Shown here: one piece after another, positions 48,227 to 58,560 of the stretch | Numbering within the stretch: the first letter of the stretch is position 1 | Layout of the letters: every line of letters starts with the position of its first letter | Source of the DNA: Trichodelitschia bisporula | Taxonomy: Eukaryota | Direction of reading: 5' to 3' | Assembly (NCBI GenBank): GCA_010356995.1 | Contig: ML996711.1 | Coordinates: 198,518-262,517 of the forward strand | DNA: 64,000 nt | Made by a program: the position numbers and the translations under genes | The notes under the pieces: model-generated | What the model was told of the DNA's origin: nothing | The model's input: the letters and a program-made list of their open reading frames with translations, nothing else | Database searches by the model: none

Positions 48227-49741
48227 ATGCCATCCCCGACCTCACCTCCTCGCACCCGCCTCGCTCAGATCCAACAACACATCTCCCCCTCTACCTCCGG
48301 AACAGCAACCATGGCCACGCCCTTCGTAGCATCCATCGTCCCGCAGGCGCCCGAGGACCCGCTCTTCGGGCTCATGGCGGCGTATAAGGCGGATACGTCA
48401 CCGCAGAAGGTGGATTTGGGGATTGGGGCGTATCGGGGGGATGATGCGAAGCCGTGGGTTTTGCCAGTGGTTAAGAAGGTGAGCTTGCGACGTTCTCGGT
48501 TATATTTGCCTCTGTGCAAGGCTGTGAACTTGTGGACTTGTGGATAGAGGCTGACGTAGTTCGAACAGGCTGACGACCTCATCCGTTCGGACCCCGAGCT
48601 CAACCACGAATACGCACCGATCGCGGGCCTCGCGCCGCTGACTAGCGCGAGCCAGAAGCTGATGCTGGGAGGAGATAGTCCGGCGATCAAAGAGAACCGC
48701 GTACGTCTCCCCATCTCCTCTCATCCCGACCCCCCCCAACCTCCACCATTCATCTCCGTCCCATATCCCACCCACCCCGCCTAACACCCCCAGGTAACCT
48801 CCCTGCAAACCGTCTCCGGCACTGGTGCCGTGCACCTAGGCGCACTCTTCCTCTCCAAATTCTACCGCACCGTCTACCCCTCCACCGCGATCTACGTCAG
48901 CAACCCAACCTGGGCCAACCACGCCCAAATCATCACAAACGTGCACCTCCCCGTCGCCACCTACCCCTACTGGTCGCCCAAGACCCGCGGCCTCGACATC
49001 GACGGCATGCTCTCGGCCCTTGAGTCCGCGCCCGCCCGGTCTGTCATCCTCCTGCACGTCTGCGCGCACAACCCCACAGGCGTGGACCCGACGCAGGAGC
49101 AATGGAAGCAGATCGCGGAGGTGATGAAGAGGAAGGCACATTTCCCGTTCTTCGACTGCGCGTACCAGGGTTTCGCGTCGGGTGATCTGGCGCGCGATGC
49201 CTGGGCCGTGCGGTACTTCGTGGACCTGGGGTTCGAGCTCGTGATTGCGCAGAGCTTCGCTAAGAACTTTGGCTTGTACGGCCAGCGCGCGGGTGCGTTT
49301 CACTACGTTTCTGCGCCGGCGGCTGAGGCGCAGGACACGACGAAGCGCGTGGCGAGTCAGCTGGCTATTTTGCAGCGGAGTGAGATTTCTAACCCGCCTA
49401 TCTATGGCGCGCGGATTGTGGCGAAGGTGTTAAATGATCCGGGGTTGTTTGCGGAGTGGGAGGAGAATTTGCGCGAGATGAGCGGGCGGATTATTAGTAT
49501 GCGGAATGCGTTGCGCGGGAAGCTTGAGGAGCTGGGGACGCCGGGGACGTGGAACCATGTTACGGATCAGATTGGGATGTTCTCGTTCACGGGGCTGAAT
49601 GAGAAGCAAGTGGGCTTGCTGAGGAGTGAGGCCCATATTTACATGACGAAGAATGGGCGGATTAGTATGGCGGGGCTCAACACGAAGAATGTGGAGTATG
49701 TGGCGAGGGCGATTGATAAGGTTGTGAGGGCGACGCAGTAG
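48227..49741 (+). CDS. AAT2: Aspartate aminotransferase, cytosolic/peroxisomal type; introns 48479-48568 and 48701-48793
   Basis: VPQAPEDPLFGL, KVDLGIGAYR, HVCAHNPTGVD, FFDCAYQGFASG, SFAKNFGLYGQR (PLP lysine) and GRISMAGL. Confidence 0.95.
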
Positions 49742-50062
49742 GGCGGGCGGCTGGTGTGGGCTTGAGTGGCTGGGATCGCAGATATGGCCGGAATGCTGAG
49801 GGCAAAAGTCTGTTGCGTTAGACAAAACTAGACTCTCCAAATGACCGATTCTCACTGACTTTGTGGAGCGCGATCCTTCTCCAATGATGACGAGATCCCA
49901 CATGAGGGCTGTATTCTAAGTCGCCCAAACCACAAGCCCGCAGTCATCACAACACAGAAGAGGTAAAGTCTCCATGATCAAAACTGATACCGCACACAGG
50001 GTATACTACAACGCCAACACCAACGCCTCCTCGCCATACCATGAAAGAGGGTCAAGATCCCA

Positions 50063-50665
50063 TTACAACACCGCCGCCGCCGCACCCAGCACCCCCATAG
50101 CCACCCCCGCCGCCCTCGCCATCCTAGCCCCCTCACCCCCCGCATTCGCCGTCGCCGTAACAAGCGCAACAACCGTACTCGAACCCCCCACCGTCGTGCT
50201 AACCAGCTTCGTCGTCGGTGAAACTGCCCGCGTTAGCTTCGCCCTCAACCTCTCCAGCCAAAACTTACCCTGCGGATTCGGATTCGCGCCCTCATCATTC
50301 AACACCCGACTCGCAATAGCGATATTCTCCCCCAACACGGAGTGCAGGAAACTCGCCGCGGGGCTGGGGAGCATGTCGATTGCGCTGTTGGCGGCGGCGA
50401 TTATGCCGCTCCCCGTCGGGCGCTGGGACTGGAGTTGGTAGGCGACGGAGGTGAAGCGGTTTATGGCGGAGGAGTCGGTGGCGAGGGCGAGGACGAGGCT
50501 GGTGAATGCTGGGTCCTTTGTGAGGGTGGCGACGTAGGAGGCTTCTGCGTTTTGGATGGCGAGGGCTTGTTCCGGGGTTATGCTGGTGACGGTGACGGGG
50601 TTTATGTTCATGGCTGTGATGACGGTTGCTGAGGCCAGGAGGGCGGTGAAAACGTTGAAGCGCAT
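50063..50665 (-). CDS. Secreted, probably GPI-anchored small protein; likely 45-nt intron 50224-50268
   Basis: N-terminal signal peptide, a Thr/Ser-rich stretch, and a C-terminal NAG...hydrophobic tail (AAGVAMGVLGAAAAVL). Confidence 0.75.
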   Translation of the reverse strand: MRFNVFTALLASATVITAMNINPVTVTSITPEQALAIQNAEASYVATLTKDPAFTSLVLALATDSSAINRFTSVAYQLQSQRPTGSGIIAAANSAIDMLPSPAASFLHSVLGENIAIASRVLNDEGANPNPQGKFWLERLRAKLTRAVSPTTKLVSTTVGGSSTVVALVTATANAGGEGARMARAAGVAMGVLGAAAAVL

Positions 50666-52002
50666 TTTTGAAGGCTGGAGGGAAGTAATGAGTGACGGGG
50701 GGGTAAGGGAGTGGGAAATGATATTAAAGGAATATGGGCAAAGTGGGTGAGACGAAGATACTGGAGCTTGGGGTCACGATACGACGGGCCCGCTGTCTCG
50801 CTCTTTATAGCTCGACACTTGAGCCCCCGACCCCGCGGCCGCATCGTTCGGCACGCAAGGCGCGCAAGCAGAGAGAAGGGATTGGCATGGCGAGGCTGAG
50901 GCGTGGTCTGGGAGCCGCGGGGCCGGGGGGGTGGGGCGCCTACAGCAGCTGCTGATTGGGGGCGGGGAACGCGGCTGGTGAACGTTGAGACAGGATCGGC
51001 GGGTGCGGGTTGGGGGAAGGTAAGCGGGGAGTTTTGCTGCTTCTGGACGGAGATAGATGGTATTGCTGGAACGGAAGCGCGAGTCGATGATACTGTACGG
51101 ATAGTCAATGAGAGGAACACTGGACGATGAGGACGTGGAAACGGAGACATATCACAAGTTCCATCCCCAACTGGCCTTCGCGTTCTATGACCAACGTTGT
51201 ACCGCATACAGAGGTACATGCCTACAGTCGCACAGCTTTCTCGCCGACATCTTAATCGCCGGGCCCGCATGCGCTGAGACCGTTTTTCTTTTCGTCCAAT
51301 ATTGCCTGTGAACCCACCGTGCTGGGCTTTGCAGATCGGCTTGGCGGCCCATCTCGGGGACTCGGGATGCGATCCGAGGGCAGGAGGAATATCTGAGAGG
51401 AGCCTGGACTCGCATTGTGACGATGCGTACGGTGGTATGAGTATATGGGCGGATAGCGCGGCTTTGAGATGGGATGTGGGAGATCTACGGCGTGGCGCGG
51501 ATCTGGGAGTGAGGGCGGGCGAGATGGGAAGATACTCGGTTGAGTTTGCCGCGATGGCACCCGATGGAGCTGCAACTCTAACATTCAATTATCCAAACGC
51601 AATAAACGAGAGGAAGATGCATTGCGAGCTATCACGACATGAGATGTGGTGGTTGCGGTCGTCGCACCAGGCTGCAAGGCACCGCGGAGTTTTCGTGCGC
51701 CGCTTTCGTGCGCGCGTCGTTGTCGGGGCAACGCCAGGTTGGCCAACAAACAACGACCACCGCGACTTGACCACCCCCAACCCGTATCCTCATCTTCCGC
51801 TCATCCACATCATCCATACACACTCCAACATTTCCATCCATCTCCCGTTCGTCCATCCTCCTCGATACACCCTCATTGAACCACCATCATTCCAAGCATC
51901 GCATCCAACCAGCCTCACGAACACCCAGTTCTAGGGCGCAGCCCTCAGATCCGCAATCCGCACCCCAACCTCACCTCAATCCTCCCCATTCCTCATTCCA
52001 AA

Positions 52003-55000
52003 ATGACCCGCCCCCTCTCCCCCTCCTCCCTCCCCTCCCCGCGCTTCTCCGTCCCACCACCCTACTCCGTCGACGACGCCGACGAACAGGATGCCCCCCT
52101 CAGCCCCCCCTCCCACCACGGCAACGGGTCCTCCATGCGCCTCCTCACCGCAGACGAAGACCATTCCTATCGGCACCCCAGCCCCGTCCAGCGCGCATAC
52201 CACCCGAGCTTGTCGCGCGCGCCTTCAAGTATCACCGGTGGGGCGCCCTCGACGTTTCTCCCCTCGAGTGTTGGTACCGGTTTCAACCCGAGTACAGTCT
52301 CAGGCTTCAATCCCAGCACCGTCTCCGCCTTCCCGCCAAGCATAGTCAGCGACTCTCCCTACGCACCCAGCATGGCGCCCTCGTTTCTATCTGAAGCTCC
52401 GGACCTCCCGCCGAGCGAGTACGTCCCGCACTACCGCACCGTGTCGCCGACGCGCGCCTCGCCGACGCGTTCCCCGTCACGTCCGTGGACGCCGGGACAG
52501 AACGATTGGCCCCGTCCACCGGCGAGCACCGTGAGCTACGAGCCCGAGCATATCAACGGGTCTCCGCGCCCGGGCACGCCCTCCTCCGTGCGCTACGGCA
52601 GTCCGAAGCGCCCTCTACCACCGGCGCCGCTGTTCGCGGGGCCGAGGCCGGGGTCGCGGGATAGCAGCCATGTGCCTGCGCCGACTACCATCTCAGTCGA
52701 GGACGAGGATGATGTTTTCGGCCCTGGGGCGGAACTGCGGACGCACCGGAGTTTTGCGAGCCAGAGCACGTTTACTGAGGACTACGACGACAAGGATGAG
52801 AAGGTTGAGCATTATGGGCCTGCGCCGGAGGGGAAGCAAATGCGGCGCGGAGCGCGCCAGGCGCAGAAGACGAAGAAGGAGGTTAAGCTTGTGAATGGGG
52901 AGTTGATCCTCGAGTGCAAGATTCCGACTATCTTGTATAGTTTCCTGCCCCGCCGGGATGATATCGAGTTCACGCACATGCGGTACACGGCGGTCACCTG
53001 CGATCCGGATGATTTTGTCAGCCGTGGCTACAAGCTGCGGCAGAATTATGGGAATACGCTGAGGGAGACGGAGTTGTTCATTTGCATCACGATGTACAAC
53101 GAGAACGAGATCGACTTCACGCGCACCATGCACGGTGTCATGCGCAACATTGCGCATTTCTGCTCCCGTGCGAAGTCCCGCACCTGGGGCAAGGACGGGT
53201 GGCAGAAGATCGTGGTGTGCATTATCAGCGATGGGCGGCAGAAGGTGCATCCCCGGACACTGGATGCGCTGGCCGCGATGGGCGTGTACCAGGACGGGAT
53301 TGCGAAGAATTTGGTTAATCAGAAGGAGGTCACGGCGCATGTGTACGAGTACACGACGCAGGTGTCCTTGGACTCGGATCTCAAGTTCAAGGGCGCGGAG
53401 AAGGGGATTGTACCCTGCCAGCTTATCTTCTGTCTCAAGGAGAAGAACCAGAAGAAGCTGAATTCGCATCGCTGGTTCTTTAATGCGTTTGGCCGCGCGT
53501 TGAATCCGAATATTTGCATTCTTCTGGACGTTGGCACGAAGCCGGGGGGTACGTCGCTGTATCACCTCTGGAAGGCATTCGACAATGATTCGAGCGTCGC
53601 GGGCGCGGCGGGTGAAATCAAAGCCGGCAAGGGGCAGGGGTATCTCGGCCTTCTCAACCCGCTCGTTGCGTCGCAGAACTTCGAGTACAAGATGTCGAAT
53701 ATCCTGGACAAGCCGCTTGAGTCAGTGTTCGGCTACATCACGGTTTTGCCAGGCGCGCTGTCCGCGTACCGGTACCATGCGCTGCAGAACGATTCCACGG
53801 GCCACGGACCGCTGAGCCAGTATTTCAAGGGAGAGACGCTGCATGGGCAGGATGCGGATGTGTTTACGGCCAATATGTACCTGGCTGAGGATCGGATTCT
53901 GTGTTGGGAGCTGGTGGCGAAGAGGAGTGAGCGGTGGGTGTTGAAGTATGTCAAGAGTGCGACGGGCGAGACGGATGTGCCTGGTAAGTTGCTTTCCTCC
54001 TCTTTCTTGATATCGGCTAATGTCCCCAGATGCGGTCCCCGAGTTCATCTCCCAACGCCGCCGCTGGCTCAACGGCGCCTTCTTCGCCGCCGTCTACTCC
54101 CTGCTCCACTTCAAGCAAATCTGGTACACAGACCACACGCTCTGGCGCAAAATCCTCCTGCACATCGAATTCGTGTACCAATTCGTCAACCTCCTCTTCA
54201 CCTTCTTCGCCCTCGCCAACTTCTACCTCACCTTCTACTTCGTCGCCGGCTCCCTCGCGGATCCAAAACTCGACCCCTTCGGCCACGGCATCGGCAACAT
54301 CGTCTTCATAATCCTGCGCTACGCGTGCACGCTGCTCATCGCCGTGCAATTCATCCTGAGCATGGGGAACCGGCCGCAGGGCGCGAAGAAGATGTATTTG
54401 AGCAGCATGGTTGTGTACGGTGTGATCATGGCGTACACCACTTTCGCGGCGCTCTACATCGTGGTCACGCAACTCAAGGACCCGAAGACGGTACTCGAAC
54501 TCGGGAATAACGTGTTCACCAACCTCATCGTGAGCACGTGCTCCACCGTCGGCCTGTACTTCCTCATGTCCTTCCTGTACCTGGATCCATGGCACATGTT
54601 CACCAGTTCCGCGCAGTACTTCGCCCTCCTCCCTAGCTACATCTGCACGCTGCAAGTGTACGCCTTCTGCAACGCACACGACGTCACATGGGGCACCAAG
54701 GGCGACAACGTAGCCAAAACCGATCTCGGGAGCGCAACCGGCAAAGACGGTATCGTGTCCCTCGAAATGCCGAGCGAGCAACTCGACATCGACTCCGGGT
54801 ACGACGAAGCACTCCGCAACCTGCGCGATCGCGTCGAAGTCCCCTCGCCCCCCATCTCCGAGGCCCAAGCACAAGAGGACTACTACCGCGCGGTGCGCAC
54901 GTACATGGTCATCGTGTGGCTCGTCGCGAACGCAGTCCTTGCCATGGCGGTCAGCGAGGCGTATGGCGGAAAGCACATCGCCGACAACTTCTACTTGAAG

Positions 55001-55258
55001 TTTATCCTGTGGGCGGTGGCGGCGGTGGCGCTGTTCCGTGCGCTCGGGAGTAGTGCGTTTGGGGTTATTAATATTGTGCACTCTGTGGCGGAGGGGAAGA
55101 TGAAGTGGTCGAACAGGTGGGAGGGACGTGGGAGTGTGGTTAGTGGGGGGAGTTCGAAGATTAGCACGCCGGGGTGGGTGAGTAATGCGGCGGGCTGGGT
55201 GGGGGATAAGTTCCGGGGATTGAGGAAGCCGAGCTTGCCTGGGGGCCTTGGGAAGTAG
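52003..55258 (+). CDS. Chitin synthase, class II; intron 53984-54029
   Basis: [69 protein letters not shown] and [24 protein letters not shown] is typical of class II. Confidence 0.95.
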
Positions 55259-55576
55259 GCTAATGATCGTGGGATGGGCGTTACGGTGGGATGCGTTCTG
55301 TGTATGATTTATGTATGCTAGTCGGTCGGTATGCATGATTATGTTGTCGAGCTGCGCATTGAGTGATAGCTGCTTTTTGCACATGGTGCAGCCTTTGGGG
55401 ATTATACTTCACCGTCAACAGTAGCCACTGAACAGTTGCACCCAGTGATACTTCGATATCATTATCGTCTCGTACTTCACTTCGAGCATCACACGCTCCC
55501 GATGGCAATCCGACACGCACTGCATACCACCACCTCGCAGTCAACGGGATGGACTTTGGACGGAGGGCAAAAAAAG

Positions 55577-55647
55577 TGCGCCGGCCGAGAATCGAACTCG
55601 GACCTCAGCCTTGGGAAGGCTAAATTCTACCCTTAAACTACCGGCGC
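55577..55647 (-). tRNA. tRNA-Gly (anticodon CCC), intronless
   Basis: GCGCCGG acceptor stem pairs with CCGGCGC, anticodon arm TAGCC-TTCCCAA-GGCTG, T-loop GTTCGATTC, followed by a T7 Pol III terminator. Confidence 0.96.
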
Positions 55648-55924
55648 TTTGGATGCTAATTGTGGAAGATGGTTGGAGGTTGGCGGTTGAGATGGGAGAT
55701 GGTGGGGATGGAGAACTCGGAAACGGCAGCCGAGGGCGGACGAAGGGAGGTCGGCTACGGGTAGTGGGCGAGATTGGATGCCGTAAATCTTTGGAGGATA
55801 AGGGATTATTGTGTCGTATAGCTTTCTACCTTGAACCAAGGAGCCCGACAATCTGGAGTGTATTTCGTCACGACAGAGAAGCTTCACAGTTCGGAACTTC
55901 AAAAGCATTTCATTCCTACTCGCT

Positions 55925-57130
55925 CTAATCGAACTTGACCCCGAGCCGGCCCCTTGTCCTGCCCTGGTGCTAGAAAGGTCGTCAGCCTCGCCCTCTCCCC
56001 AAATCACCACACCACTTACCATAATCTCAATCATCTCCGGCAACTTCTCCAACGGATAAAGTGTCAAATGCGCCTTAACCCCATGCTCCGCCGAAAACTC
56101 AATCGCCTCCCTCATATTATAACTCATCCCATTATTGCTCCCCCGGATATCAAACTTCCTCATCGCAATATCCATAGCGCTGAAGCTCAGCTTCGCCTGC
56201 GGAATGCCCACCACCATGAGGATACTCTTCCCCGGCCGCAGGATAGCAGGCGCGTCCTCGTAGCTCCGCGCCGAAGCCGTGAAGTTCACGGCCGCGGCTA
56301 CGCCACCGCCCGTTAGCTTGAGGACCTCGGCTGCGTAGTCCTTGTTCTTCGAAGGATTGAACACATGATCCGCGCCGCACGCCTTCGCTTCCTCGAGCTG
56401 GTCGTCGCTCAGATCAATCCCAATGACTTTCAGGCCGCGCGCCTTGGCGTACTGAATGCCCTGCGCCTTGTTAGCTCATCGTTTTCAGCCTCGTCCCCCC
56501 TCGCGACGTACCAAATGCCCCAACCCCCCGCACCCGATCACAGCCATCCACTGCCCTTCTTTCAACCCACAATCCGTAACACCATGGTAGGCCGTAACAC
56601 CCGCGCAGAAAAGTGGCGCCGCTTCCACGGGGTCCATGCCTTGGGGCAGGACCATCGCGCCGCGCGCCTCGACGATGGCGTACTCGGCGAAATAACCGTC
56701 GGCGCTGAACCCCTGCATCTTGGTGCCCTTTTCGCACCACAGGTTCGTCCTGTCTTCATCAGCTCCACGCCCACCATAACTCAACACCCCGAGGGGCAAC
56801 CTACACCTCACGACACGGCCCACACTCAAAACAGCACTCAAAAGCCGGCAAAAAGCCCACCTTATCCCCGACCTTAAAATCGCTGACCTCGCTCCCCAAC
56901 CCCACAACCGTGCCCGCGGCTTCGTGCCCTATGGTCGTGGGCGTGGCGGACAGGTCCATGCCCACGTCGTTGGGCTCCATGGTCATGAGATCTGAGTGGC
57001 ACAGCGAGGCGCAGGCGATTTTGACGAGGAGGTGCTTGGGTCCCGGGGTGGGGACGGGGATGGAGTTGAGGTGGACTTTTTGGTCGCGCGGGTCCCATTG
57101 CTGGGCGCGCATGGTTGTTGGGAGGGACAT
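55925..57130 (-). CDS. Zinc-dependent alcohol dehydrogenase (MDR family), 4 exons
   Basis: SLCHSD, TIGHEAAG, structural Zn cysteines CFECGPC...C, APLFCAGVTAY and VIGCGGLGH. Ends RGRLGVKFD*. Confidence 0.92.
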
Positions 57131-57410
57131 TTTTGCGTGGTGGGTGAGGTGGGATGGAATGGGTGGAGGAGGGTGAGTGGTTGAGGATAGGTGGTGATAC
57201 ATCGTTCCTATATCCCCAATGCGGAACTACTTAGCCCCTCCCTCCGCGGAAGAACTCAGCCGCCATTCATCCAGAACCAGCTTATCCGAAAACCGCAACT
57301 CACACAAAAACACCACCCATTGAATTCAAGCCTAGTCCTACAGTACACCCCACAAAAACGCCCCCCACCTACCCCACATAATATCCCCGCACCCCGCATC
57401 CCTTCACCCG

Positions 57411-58009
57411 CTACCGCCGCCCACCCACGCGAAACGGACTCGCCTCAGCCGCCGCATACGCATCAAAGCTAAACAGCGTCGTCAGGTACAAGCCAAAAAA
57501 CCGCACCATGGCATCCGCGCCCGCGCCCGCGCCCCCGGCGCCCGGGACGGGCGCACTCCCGGCCCCGCTCGCATCGCCGAGCTTCCGGCCCCCGGATGCA
57601 AAGGCCGGCGCGGGAGCACCTTTGCTGCTGCTCGCCTTCGCGACGGCGGCGCGCAGGGCGGAGGGGTTGGCGCCGCGGATTGTGTCTGCTACCTTGCCGT
57701 TGCGGAAGACGAGGAAGGTGGGCATGCTGGGGGGCGTTAGCGGAGGGGACTTGGGGGAGGAATGGGGGGAAGGGGGACGCACGCAGAAACAGAGTACGTC
57801 TGTGCTATGTCCTGGCTTGCATCGACGTCGACTTTCGCGAAGGCTAGCACCTTGGGTTGGGCATGGGAGGTGGCGAGTTGGGCGAAGATGGGGGCTATGG
57901 TTTTGCAGGGCCCGCACCAGTCGGCGTAGAAGTCGACGATGACGGTTGTGTGGGTGGTGAGAAGGGAGGTGAGATCCCGGGAGGAGGTTATGGGGGTTAT
58001 TTTGGACAT
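57411..58009 (-). CDS. Thioredoxin with C-terminal extension; one intron
   Basis: VIVDFYADWCGPCKTIAP, KVDVD, SAMPTF across the splice junction, and a tail FASGGRKLG...VRFFGLYLTTLFSFD. Confidence 0.92.
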
Positions 58010-58560
58010 GATGGTGATGGGGCGGGGGTGATTGGGGAGGGAGACGCGTGGTGTTGAGGTTGATGTGTCGTGATGGAGGGGAGTTGGTGCCTGGGGCTGC
58101 GATTGAGGAGAGAGCGGGTCGGAGGGCGGGGGTTCTTTCATCCGGGGTGGTGATGGGTGAGATACACCACTACTTCGAGGATCGTGACATCCACTTTATA
58201 GATAGTATTGTATGGCTACTAACCGGCTCATGCGTCGACCAGTATTGCTAGCTGCTGGGTTTGACTCTTTGGAAGCCGTTGGTGGATCCAATCATCCACC
58301 CTCTCCGCAAACCCTCATGTCGCCCTCTAGATTTCGATTGTGCTCAAGAGCCGAGCTGTCCGCCCAGATGACCTACTAGCCTTCGACGTATCCATGAACT
58401 GGAAGCCGTACTGAAGCAGGAGGGACGGATCGGTGTGCCGTATAGCTGCCATCGTGTATCACGGAGCCAGAAGATTAGAGCATATTTCGCACTAGGGAGA
58501 GCTTCACTCTTCGGAACTTAAATCCAACCCTTGGAAGTCAATTCATACCGCTACTCTATG

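Noticed and set aside
42121..55384. Long antisense ORFs such as 42121-43377, 52693-53565 and 54017-55384 (also 9580-10590 and 38338-39261)
   Set aside because: They are shadows of real genes on the opposite strand in GC-rich sequence and contain no recognisable motifs.
19685..57130. Secondary-metabolite gene cluster (SDR, methyltransferase, ADH, aminotransferase)
   Set aside because: No PKS, NRPS, terpene or RiPP backbone gene, transporter or cluster regulator was seen, and the enzymes are dispersed among housekeeping genes.
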